64,000 nucleotides of DNA from Bigelowiella natans CCMP2755 (taxonomy: Eukaryota; Protista; Cercozoa), in NCBI GenBank assembly GCA_000320545.1, contig ADNK01000827.1, positions 1,347 through 65,346 on the forward strand, written 5' to 3'. Of the stretch, positions 52,322-64,000 are shown one piece after another. Numbering within the stretch: the first letter of the stretch is position 1; each line of letters opens with the position of its first letter. The notes under the pieces were generated by a model. That model saw only the letters and a list, made by a program, of their open reading frames with translations. It did no database searches and had not been told where the DNA came from. The translations under genes were made by a program, and so were the position numbers.

Positions 52322-53205
52322 GGTGAACCGAGAGCTCTTGCGCTTCTGAGAACGATGTACTGTGAGTCAAAACATTGAAATCCCGAGAAATGCAACAGTG
52401 AGTTTACCACGTCGACGCCACGTATCAGCAAGGGTTGCATTACCATTGAAATATGGAGGAGAAATGGACAGAAAATGCAATGAGAATTCCTCAGCGACAT
52501 ACATTTATTTATGTCGTTATGTAGTAACCCCAATGGGATTTGTTCTCCTCCCTTCACTTTTCTCTGCTTATGAAGGCATTTTCGATCGGGGGATATCCAC
52601 TGCTATGCCTTTCAAAATGATAATCTATTTTCTTCCATAAAACTACTGAACGCACTCCCTGAACATGAAACAACAACAATGACAATAACTGGCGCGTGTT
52701 CGTTGGTGAAAGCTGCAAGGTCAACATGTGGGCACTAAGACTCATCCATAACATCTAACAGATTCTTTTGAGCCACTCGGCAGAACCCTGGAGATTTATC
52801 TCTACAACCTTTTATTTTCTTTGTCTCATGATTAAAATCAGAGTTAATCAAGAAATTTTAAGCGACACATTTCGTTCCGATTTCTCAAGAGAGACGAATG
52901 AAGCAGCAGTAAGTAACCAGCACTGTGTGAGGAAGAGGAGACAGATTTGTGGTCGGTTCTCTTCGTTTCTTCCCTACACCTAGTCAGACCCTCTCTTCAC
53001 AGAACTTCCGTCCTTTGGTTCGTATGAGACGAAACGGCAGTATTTATGGAGATAGCATACGAACACCACCTCCGCATATTATCTATTAAATGCTTAACGA
53101 TTTTGTAACCCCTACAGAGGTCCATTACCGACCTAGCCATGGGAAGGTTACCCAAATTGAGATTGGATGTCTCCACAACTTCCTCATTTTGCATTTTCCA
53201 TTAGT

Positions 53206-55650
53206 ATGGAGGAGGACGATTCGGTATTCAAGACATCTGAGGTCAAAGTATCAGAAGACGCGACCCAAATTCCATCCAAGCCACGACCACCTGCATTGCC
53301 CAAGATGAAGAAGAACGGGATAAATCAGAAGCCATTTGCTCTTCCGGGAATGGGTACAAAACCGTTTGCGCTTCCAGGTATCGCCAGGAAGGGTGTAAAG
53401 TTGCCCTTTAAGCCGCCCGCTCCTCCTTCTCGTGATCCAGAAGCAGAAGCAGCAACAGCAGCAGGTGCGAAGCCCCAACCTCCAAATCCAGTCGCAGGGG
53501 CCAAGCCGCCTCCTGGACCACCTCCTGGAGCTCAAAGGAACAAACTTCAACAAGCGTCTCCCAATCCACAACCCAAGCCACATCCTCCCCCCCCTCCCTT
53601 TAAAAAAAAAACACAAGGACCTCCGTTAGAAAACAATACAGCGCGCGCGGAGGCTGCAAAAATAGAAAACACTAATGACTCGAAATTAGTCGAGGAATTG
53701 GGTTCCAAAGCGAAAGACGACCCCTCAGCTGCTACAGTCAACGGAAAATCATCAGCATCACCAGTTCTTAAATCCGATAAAAAACCTGCCATAGCAAACG
53801 CTGGAAATGGAAAAAAAGGCTCAGCTTCACCTAGATCGAGACTCAAAATAAAAGCAAGCAAAAAGAAACCAAAGAAAGTGAAGAAGGTAATCTAGTGAAC
53901 ACAATGTGCCTATTCGAAGTAGTTTTTCACCCAAATTTCACCTGTTATTAGGGATTTATGTTGAAGCTGGATGGGATCTTTGCTGGAGGGGGGCCTCCTG
54001 GCATGAGGCCTGGTGGTGGTCCCCCCCCTTGGAAGAAAAAAATTAAGACAGAAGCAACAAATGTTAGAGACAGCACTGAGTCGGAAAGCAATGTTGACCA
54101 AAAAATTGACGTGGAAGACGTTAAAATTATATCCAAAGACACAAAGGTATAATCACTGCAGCAACTTGAACCGTGCCATCGAAAACTTATTGATTTAACA
54201 ACCTCAGAAAGCAGAAGGAAAAGCAGCTGAGAAGCCAAAAGAGCAGGCAAATGAACATTCCCCTCATTTCATCTTATTTCTAATTAATCATTCATCAGAA
54301 TCTTAATGTTGTGGAACGAAAGCCGAAAATGGCTGGTGGAAGGAAGAAACGCAAGGTGTACTCGACTATTGTGTTACAATCCAGAGTTGCTTAGATTCTT
54401 ATGCATTATTTTCACGATATCCTTCGCTCATCAGTATGGTGTGATATTCTACACAGAAAAAGAAATTCAACCCTAAAAAGACGGCGTTTTCAGCCCAGGC
54501 TGTTCGGGAATATAAGAAAACTGACTACAAAGTAATAACATTGCAGCACTTCTTTATGAAACAAAAACCCAGAATAATATTCTTGGCATCATACTACGGT
54601 TAGGCAAGTGCACTGAAACTTACAGAGAAACAACGTGTTGAGGTCATGATGATGGTCAAGAACGGTAGTATGAGTATTTAGAAAAAAAATCTGTCGATAT
54701 TTTCATGTATATCATCTCCAAGCTCAAACAGATCTTCTCAGGTAACATTTCTGTGGATGAGGCCATGCAAGCAGTGCTGGCGCACGACAAAAACGTATTG
54801 TCACATTTTTGTTGCATAAAAACTAAATTCTATTTTTCGTTTCTTTCACCAACTTGGTATAGAAATATAGAAGGAACGAGTTTCTCACCATCCACTACTG
54901 CGTACGACTTATTATTGTTCTTCAGGTGAGAGAGGCGTTGGCGGACAATCAAACGCCTGATGTTGATGGAAAGAAAAAAAAATTCGATAAAAAGGCTGCA
55001 GATTTTACAGCTGCGGACTTAAATAAGCTTTCAGATGAGCAGAGATTGAAGGTATTTCATTCTAACAATAGCAGCAGCGCAGGATGTACTCGGACAGATG
55101 TTCACTAAATTTCTCGCGAAAACTATACTGATGTTCCATTGTGGGTGTAGGTGATGAATCTTGTCAAGGACGGCAAGATGACAGTTCCCCAAGCGATTGC
55201 TTCTGTTAGTCGCAGTGTTGGCAAACGTGCCGATGAGGTGCTGCTATTGAAGATAATGATGTTGGTGATCCTGATGATGGTCAAATTTACTTTATGGTGA
55301 ACTTGGCAAAACTACTTTGATGATGCGCATAAAAATTTTTTGGCGTTCAAATTTGACAGAAATATATTTCCAGTTTTTACTGCGGTACTCATATCTTTAT
55401 TCGTTCTTACGTTTTGATTTCTCGTTGTATAATGTGATTGGCAATTTTGGAAAATTGGGGGTTGCAAACTCTAGTCTTCGAATTTTTGGTGCACAATCAT
55501 CTAATCAAGTATCCTTATCATCTCCAATCCCATCTAGAAGAGGAGGAAAAAGCCAAAGAAAGACCTATCAATCAAGACACCAATGAGCAAAAAAGGTGGG
55601 GTATCGGACCGAACACCGACGATTGGGAATACTACCACTCCGAATCGTAA
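53206..55650 (+). CDS. Proline/lysine-rich protein with two short helical repeats, multi-exon
   Basis: Exon 1 53206-~53886 is Pro-rich; later exons give LTEKQRVEVMMMVKN|GNISVDEAMQAV and LSDEQRLK|VMNLVKDGKMTVPQAIASV. Confidence 0.7.
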
Positions 55651-56297
55651 TACACCGACTAGTAATCGGAAGGGTAACAGAACAAAGGAAAAACTCCAAG
55701 ATGAGTCATGTGATGAGAAGGCTCCCGGTAGTTGTTGTACGTTGATGTAGAAAAGGTTATAACTCAGGCCTAAGTAAATATGCATGCATCTCGTCAAGCT
55801 GTATGTGGCGTGCCCAATGCATGAATATTTCTTTACATATACGCTGTATACATGCGAACGTGCGTTGATCAAAAGCTTGATTCAAAACAGCCTGCCTGCT
55901 CGCTGACTAATAGAGGCTCATATACTCAACATGTTTCATAGCTAGCGCATAGACATCGGCTGAGCAGCTAGGCGCTGTAGATACAGGATGCAGATGATGA
56001 AGTATTGACTGGTTGCTGTCTGGCTGGGAGAGCTAGAGAGACTAGTGTCATGTCGTCTATTCATAGCTAGAGGGGTAGGCGCACTGCAGCATCATATTGC
56101 AAGACTGTTCATATCTATGTACATTGTGACAACATTGTTCTTTTGATACTGTACGACTCAATGCGAGGCTGTACGGCTGTTTGTAATACTGCAATGATTA
56201 TCTAATTCACGAAGTATGAGCAGATGATACATGCTTCTAGTTTTGGCTTCCTGCCTCTTTCACTACATTCCTTCAAGTTTCATCATTCTTTTATGTT

Positions 56298-57089
56298 TTA
56301 CCATTGGTCAACATTATTTCCGGGTATATTAAGGGAAATGGGGGATGGTAGCTGTCCTATGGTGCTTGACGTTATATCTGTGTTGATGAATGGTGACGAC
56401 GTAGATGGTGATGATGTCTTCTGTCGTTTCACGGGTCCATGGACGGGAGAGAAACTTACAGGGCTTACAGGGAGACTAAAGTCGGTAGTGGCAGCCTTGG
56501 TGTCTCCTACTACAACCTCAGCCTTCTTCTCGTCCATCATGGGAGCAGTGGCAGGCTCCTCAGTAATTATTGGCGGATATTCAGGAGTCACATCTTGGAT
56601 TGTTGCCCGAGACACTTGCTGTTGCTGTTGCTGCTGCTGTTGTCTTTGGTGCAGGTGCTGCGGTATGCGGAAAGGATTTGTGTTGGAGGAGGACAGAAGA
56701 CCAGGCGAGACTGACAGCTGCTGGTTTTGGACGGGGGGGGCACCGAGCATAGCTGTAGGGGCACTTGCTTGGCTGTTCAAGTGCGCCAACATCAAGCTGT
56801 TGAGGTCCAAGCCACCAGATGGAGTAGTTGGGGGAGGGCAGGGGCCTATACCTCCTCCAGGGAACGTGAATGGGGTTCCAGGAATTTGCAATGGCGTTGG
56901 AACGTTCTTAGGTACGTAGTTATTCAGCATGAAGAGGATTTGATGCTGAACTTGCCAAAGCTGCTTGTATTGCTCCTTCAGCTGTTTCACTTCTTTTTGG
57001 AGCTCTGTTACCGTTTTTTTTATGCTGGATGCTGCATACATGTTGGTGTTATTGTTTTGCGATCACGAATGCGCGCACACGCACACACA

Positions 57090-57155
<66 letters not shown>

Positions 57156-57809
57156 CCTAAAAAAGGTGATTACATTCGGAAGTTTTCTTTTTGATCAAGT
57201 TGAGGAGTTGGGGCTGGTCACGCTTAAAGTTCTTGTGCTTGAAGTGCGACGTTGTTGACATGTTGGTGGATCTTTTCCGAAACCCATAGAAGTTAAGCTG
57301 AGAAAGAATATCATGCATAGTAGCATCACATCGTCTGCCCATACCACGCTCGTTCTCTCACTATTGACCAAAAAATACAATATACCTTGAAGGGAAATTA
57401 GTGATTAAGAAGTGAAGGCAAACCGAAAAATAAAAGCATACCTGGCGCACGAAGCTGGAGAAAGAAATAGTCCGGAAATATTTTGGCAGAATGGTTTGCG
57501 AAAATTCATGCTTTTTCTTGACAAGGAATGCGTCTCCCTTCTCACTCCATGACACAATATCATTTGTGGTTTGATCTTGAACCATCTATACAGCCAAACA
57601 ACATAACCTTGATGTTACAAATGTGCCATCATATTTCCAACGACTTCTCTCACATTATAGGTCTTCAGGAGAAAGGGTGGCACGGGTCGCTCCTCTTCGC
57701 TGTGGGAGTCATTATCATTCTGCTTTGCAGTGGAAGAGGAGATGGCAGTCGCTGCCTTGGACAAAGAAGCAACAGGTTTCGAGGCAGACGGAACCGGGGG
57801 CAGGTTCAT
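56298..57809 (-). CDS. HSF: Heat-shock transcription factor (HSF DNA-binding domain plus heptad repeat), 4 exons
   Basis: PPFLLKTYN|MVQD..IVSWSEKGDAFLV..ILPKYFRTISFSSFVRQ|LNFYGFRK..FKHKNFKRDQPQLLNLIKKK, followed by coiled coil ELQKEVKQLKEQYKQL and a Q/P-rich tail. Confidence 0.93.
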
Positions 57810-58529
57810 TCTGAGAGGAGACAATTGAGCACGTCAGCTAGCCACCGATAATCGACATGTATTAAGATCCAAAATAAAATCCGAAGGCCAGCAAATGCAA
57901 ATGCTTTTAGAATAGAACAAGTAAAATCCTGTCCGCGGCAGTTCGATGAAGATGAAAGGGGGAGGAGGAGGACGAAAAAGACTACCCTGGGGTACAAAGA
58001 ATGGAGCTTGTGATTCAGCCTCGGATGGGTCGTAAACAAGTAAATTATTACAACTGCTAATTACCTAAGCTATTCTTTCTCATCCATAACTGCAGAACGT
58101 CTACAATGTTTCGTGCTTGAAAATTTAACGTTGTTTGCCCACATTACCCACCGGCAACGCATCCTTTTTTCAGGATGCGACTGGGGAATGAGCTTGACGT
58201 CTCTAGAGTCTGCGTTCAGACACTTCGCGAAGGTTTCGCGAATTTTTTCGCGATTACTTTTCGTTGGAGACAAAAAGGAATTTGCTTTGGTTTCTGCGAC
58301 AATGAAATTATGTTGTAACCATGTTCTCCTTTGGATCTTCGGAAGATTCTGATCTCGTGCAAATGTTGTGGAATTCCTGGAATTCTCTTCTTCGAACATC
58401 GGGATTCGGCTCCATTGTTCGAGGAGGATCGGTCTCGGTGCATTCGCACCAGAGAAGAGATGTCTGACGTTAAACATCACTACCCAACAACCTGAGCAAA
58501 AAGTCTACGAAAAAAAACTTTACATTCTA

Positions 58530-59324
58530 ATGATCCGAAGAACTCTACCTGTGATGCTCCGATCCCTCACAACCGTCGTATCACTCCCATTTATCTGCGT
58601 ATGGGAGTTCTTCCGCGTTTTAACAATTATGTCCTTCGCGTTCTGTTGTAATGCCTTCGTCCTCTACAACACGCGCACATCCAGATCCAAGATGATGAAC
58701 AGTGTGATGGAGATTCTCCAAACTGAACACGAAGACACAGAAGCGGGCTTCTTTCCATCCGGAAATCTTCGTTGGCTCACGTCTCTCTTGAGTCCACGAA
58801 GGGCGAAACGTTATCCCCTTCCCCTTCTCCATCGCTTCCTGCAAAAAGGCGGACTTGAATATCCACTTTGCTTTTGGTATTACGCTTGCATCATCGCAGC
58901 ATCGAACGCACGAAGGGCGTATATCTTGGTGGATGCAGACAATGTGCCACCAGAATGGACGTTCGTAGCTGCAGTTGAATTACCAGCTTTGCTTCACTTC
59001 AATAAGGGCATCAGCAGCATCAAGATTTTCAACTTGAGTGAGCCACAAGCCCCGTACGTCGGAAGGATCCACCGTGACACTCTCACCTCCCCGTGGAAAA
59101 TTAATTTCACTGGAGATGAGGATGAAGGAAAAAAGATACAAACAAAAACCAGGATAAAGTTCAAGGCGCTGTTTCAAGAATCCCTGAAACGACGTCAGCC
59201 GATGCCTTATTCGGAATTCCTTGCGTTGCGACTCAAAAAATTTTGCAACCCAGCAACTACAACTGTACAATCTTTCATGGGTGATGCTTTTGCAAGGTTG
59301 TTTCTTTCAAGGTGGGTCGATTGA
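58530..59324 (+). CDS. Hypothetical protein (~264 aa) with a hydrophobic N-terminal segment
   Basis: Long uninterrupted ORF of normal composition; first ATG at ~58530; divergent from HSF. No family recognised. Confidence 0.55.
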   Translation: MIRRTLPVMLRSLTTVVSLPFICVWEFFRVLTIMSFAFCCNAFVLYNTRTSRSKMMNSVMEILQTEHEDTEAGFFPSGNLRWLTSLLSPRRAKRYPLPLLHRFLQKGGLEYPLCFWYYACIIAASNARRAYILVDADNVPPEWTFVAAVELPALLHFNKGISSIKIFNLSEPQAPYVGRIHRDTLTSPWKINFTGDEDEGKKIQTKTRIKFKALFQESLKRRQPMPYSEFLALRLKKFCNPATTTVQSFMGDAFARLFLSRWVD

Positions 59325-60149
59325 GAAGAATTCGAACCGGACAGAGGCACACTGCACTACTGTGTGTGTTGTGCATTTGCATTGTTAGCTAAATGAAATT
59401 GAATAGTATTTTTGGTAATGATTACACATTTGGAACCTGTGTTCAAAGACACCATGCATGCCGCCGACCTGTCAACTCAATTTTAGCATCTGCATTGTCT
59501 GCCTGCGGTGAGGAAACGCCCCAAAAATGCGCTGTGCATGCATGCAAGCACTGGAGAGGTGACTGTTCAAGGTCAACTGAACTGTGAGACTTTGAATTAA
59601 TTTGCATTGAGTCAAAATGAGGATGGGTCGATGTCAAATTACACAATCACACAATGCTAGAATGGACACAGCTAGAGAGTCTAATAGCAGTCGTGCACAC
59701 ATCTAGACATTATTGTGTAAAGTGCGCAAAACATGCTGTCGCATTGGTGATGATGCGTAATGTGTCAATTGAAACACGCGCCGCGCGCAAATGAGAACAT
59801 GACTAATAAACATCTGCCACCGCGCAATCATGCAAAAATGACAACGACTGCAGTGATGCATGACTATGATAGCATTTCACTGTGTGCATGAAACGGAAAG
59901 AGCTTTGCCATAGCAGAACATTGCGGATCAGGAGGAGCACCAATGTTTCAATGTCATGGACATGGCGCTGCGCAAATGTAGATGTGGTCATCATCAGAGA
60001 AAACAAGCATTTCGAAGTGCTCAAAGCATCTAACCAGTCATTAGACATTTTTGAGGCTACTGCGAAACCATCAACAGCGTCATCTAATGCTAATGCTCTT
60101 TCGAAGAAGTTCATTCAGTATGCGGGCCTCAAAGGGGCCAGATACCTTG

Positions 60150-62635
60150 AAAGGAAAGTAACATCTGTGATTTGGAACCCAAATCAAAGAAGTATGTAAC
60201 AACAATAGCAACACTAATTAAGGAGCAAACACCTGATCTCGTGTTGAATCCAAGCACTTCAGCATTGTCTGTGTGTCGCCGAATACAACATGCGACCACG
60301 AGGTTTTCCCGGTCCGCCCAGCTCGGCCTATCAACTAGGAAATAGAACAAAGAGGGGAGGAGTCAATATTTACACATCATCTAAATGGGGGGGAGGTAAT
60401 CCGTATGTCCGCAAAGTTGTTTCCTTCGAGTGCAATGGAAGAAAGAAACATCACCGATCAACTACCTGGAGAAGAGAGTTCCGAGTCGCTGTTTTTGCAT
60501 ACCTAATAATTGGATGGATGGTGAGATTTGCAGCACTTTCGTGAGTGTTGTGGTTGGTGGTATAAACGTGTTGTGTGTTTCTGTGTGTGCGCGCGCGCGC
60601 ACGCTCGCGTGTGGTTCTTACGATCGATCAATTACGACAGTGTGAATGGGTAGGTTTGTTCCTACAAAGGTATAAAGGAGTCAGTACACTTGACAACACG
60701 TGCTAAATACTCATCATTTTGGCCTAGGAGCATGGCCGAAGAGTGCAAGTATCACCGATGTTTTGACACACAAAGTTTGACCATCTTGCACTTCACCACC
60801 ACCCACCGTAAACAATCGCTGGATCGGAGAACAGGTGCGAGAGGTACTACGTTTGCAAGCAGAAGAAGGGACAACACGCACACAAACAAACAACTCATAT
60901 GGCAGAACGATGCAGTGAGAAGTCAGGAAACTCTTCCTCCTCAGATGCACAAATCGCCATAAGAATAATTACATTTTCTAAAATAGTGTATATGTGAAAT
61001 CTATGTGCTGTGAGAGTATGTGCAATATGTATATATATATTTCTGTATTATGTATTTGTACGTGCTTCGCCATAAAGTCCAACGTTGCCTCCACTATGGG
61101 TTCTGGCTGCCCCAAAGGACTTGGTAATTACATGATAGCCACACACCAACTTTGTTAGGGGAGGAAGGAGAGATTCCTCTTATCTTCCATAGAGAAGATT
61201 CGTATCTTGCAACGGCTCAAAGAGGGGAAATCATCATCATCATCATCATCCTTGCTGTATGCTTAAACATCACACGAATCACTAGACACGACAACCTGTA
61301 GAGGCCTATTCCAGAAAGCAGGCGCTTGACAGCATCCTCGTCATATCTGTTTATTGTTGGTTGTTGTTGCTGCTGGCATTATTACCATATACGCGTAAAT
61401 ATGTGCATGTTTAGCTATAATCTCTTCATTATGTAATTAAGCAGGAGCTCGTGATGTTGAAGTCACTCTCACCCAGAGAGATTCTCCACTTGGTCCAGCT
61501 CAATCGGTATCTGCAAAGTGTAGCGACCACACAGTGTGGAAGTAATGCTTGAAATTGGAAGAAAATAAAGCATATGTTGCAATCAACGTAATTAATAATA
61601 AGCATTCTCACATCTTGCCAGCATGTGAAACAACCGCCACCTGCGCATGGTCGGCAGCATCGCTCATTATCACGGATAGAGCGCTGGCAGACCACGCCCT
61701 CCACGCAGCGCACACGCGCATGATGACAACAGCAACGACACCCCACGCTCGCTGACCACGGTCCTGTAGGTAGATTCGATGTTTGAGGAGCCTCCAGGGG
61801 CAAATCGTTCTTCGTGTTCTCTTGAATTCACCTGATCACATTGATGATGATAGCAGCGCCATCTTAGCACCTATAATCATGTCGCATGTGCTGTAATTTC
61901 ACTCTCCAAGCACAGAACAGGCCCGCAACTACACATACAGTTCCGGGGCTGTTTTAAAGACAATACAGAAGAGCTATGATCGCATTTGTGTGCTGGAAGG
62001 AATGTGAATAATAACTCTATCTATAGAGGACTCCTTTTCCGACACACAAACGCCACCCATCTTTATGCGATATAATCGTAATTTGTTTCATTTGAACAAC
62101 AACGCCGCCAACAACAACAACAACAACAAGACGAAGAAGAAGAGAGTATAATACCAAGTTTTCTGAAGGCCATTGAATCTTCGGTTGTTTTCCCATCATT
62201 GGAACATAAGAGTAAGAAGTAGTCGTTGTGAGCTCGATGACAATGGTGATGATGGTCAAAAACGATAAGGAAGAAATGCTACTTTAAAACCAACCAACAG
62301 GCCATATCATTCGAACGACGAAATTCAAAAGAAATGCAGGAAAAGATCTCGAAAAGATGAGTAATTGACACTAATACACACGCACAGCCGTTGTTGCTCT
62401 ATCATCCTAGTTATGATCCTAATGATGAATCTCTTCTGCTCCCCTCCTTCTCCACTTGTCCATATACAAATTGTACCGTGGTATATCCCGCTCTCTCGTT
62501 CTGTAAGGCCTGCTCCTACAGACGATAGGAATGTGACAAAGATTAAGCTACTGACAACTACTCGACTACTTCGGAAGAGGCGCAATGAGTTTGAGGGATT
62601 GTCTTTTCCATATACAGCTGGATTAAATAAATATT

Positions 62636-62691
<56 letters not shown>

Positions 62692-64000
62692 TACGTCGCA
62701 CAAATGCAAACCACCCGCTCGAAATTAGCAACTTTGCTTTGTTCCTGCTTCAATATCAGCTTATCGATATGCTCAATCTAAGGGTTAAAGGCAAACACAC
62801 CCACAGACGAAAAGCCAAGAAGAACAAGCGCACACCAAGTAGATCTCAGGTGATACGGTATCATTCGTAATCACGTATTTTCCCCAAAGCGATACTTTGC
62901 CATATTTCGTTCGTCGGAGTTGAAGAAAGATTCAATACCTGAGACTTCTGCATATCGATTATCCGGCCTGAATAACAATCACCCCATTTTGGGCACATAT
63001 TTCTCGGCTTCAGATATATGTATACATGGCGCTTTATATATCTCTTTTTTGATTATTATATGAATGTCATGCGTATATCATTATGTGGGTGCTATGCATC
63101 TATATTTCTCTTTGGAATCGTAGCTAGGGTTGTGTGTGTGTGTGTGTGTGTGTATAGAGTGTGTATGTCTTCTTTACTCAGAGAGGGGGAGATCTTTCGA
63201 ATGGGGCTGTACGCTTTCTCCACAAGACTCTGGATGCCCTTCCTTGAGGCCACCACCAGGGTATTACCACTAACAATCACGGTAGAGGAGGAGGAGGAGT
63301 AAGGATGTGCGGAACAGCAAGAGACGACAAATCACAGCAAGGAGAGCAATCAAAGCGTACGTGAAGATGTGAGCGTGTTTGGTCAGTAGGAGAGACGTAT
63401 TCAGCCCTGGCATCACTACCGGCCTGAAGCAATAATAAAAACAACAATTATAACAATCATGAGAAACATCAAGTAAGTTTCTTCTACATTCGAGGAGTCT
63501 TTCCTGCATATTTTGAGGATGGCATCTGGTGGTGGTGGTGGTGGTGGTGGTGGTGGTGGTGCTGCTGCTGCTGCTGCTGTTGTTAAAATACCTATCATTG
63601 GAGAGCTCCTCGACTAGGGAGTCATTCCCTTCATTTATCATGCCATCTCAATCATGATCTCATTACAGCATAACGACAGCAATAGCGTGATGTGTGCGTT
63701 GTGAAGCAGCACGCAATGTCATACAATAATGGATTGAACAATGCATAATAATCTGACTAAATTAAAAAAAATGAATAAATAATAATAAATAATACTTAAG
63801 GCCGCAAGCTGGTGAAGCAACTTGACAGCATACTCACGAACCTGTCAATGATGATGACGACGAGAAAGATAATATCAATGCAATGCCAACAAATTTTCAT
63901 GATAGTCGGGCACGAATGAATACCTACACCCCCCCCCCCCCCCTCCCGCCCTCCTCCTCTCTCTCTCTCTCTCTCTCTCTTCCTTCTCTTTCTTCTTCTC
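60150..64000 (-). CDS. Probable multi-exon gene of unknown function; 5' end beyond the window, 3' end uncertain
   Basis: Consecutive AG/GT-bounded blocks splice in frame: VREYAVKLLHQLAAL|NGMINEGNDSLVEELSNDR|CHPQNMQERLLECRRNLLD. Intervening segments are microsatellite-rich. Confidence 0.4.

Noticed and set aside
1-64000. CRISPR arrays, tRNA or rRNA genes
   Set aside because: No repeat-spacer array or recognisable structural RNA was seen by eye.

Overview
Gene-dense eukaryotic nuclear DNA with many short spliceosomal introns and microsatellites. A green-lineage ORANGE gene with a bipartite plastid-targeting leader, plus cilia genes, suggests a flagellated secondary-plastid alga such as a chlorarachniophyte (inference). 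Recognisable genes: Hsp101/ClpB, meckelin, a SAP-domain protein, syntaxin, TAF13, MMTAG2-like, a large EF-hand/Tudor-like/PH/ankyrin/FYVE/R-SNARE protein, ABHD13, TRM6, DNAAF6, aldose 1-epimerase, ORANGE, an alpha/beta hydrolase, a Pro-rich protein and an HSF. They alternate almost strictly in orientation. The most unusual signal is two ~2 kb islands (about 3.5-5.6 kb and 47.9-49.7 kb) almost devoid of TpA. Surviving TpA sits mostly in CTA/TAG/CTAG, CpG is retained, and a LINE endonuclease relic shows apparent Tyr->His changes. This looks like a RIP-like TpA->TpG/CpA hypermutation process. Exon boundaries and dinucleotide counts were read by eye and are approximate.
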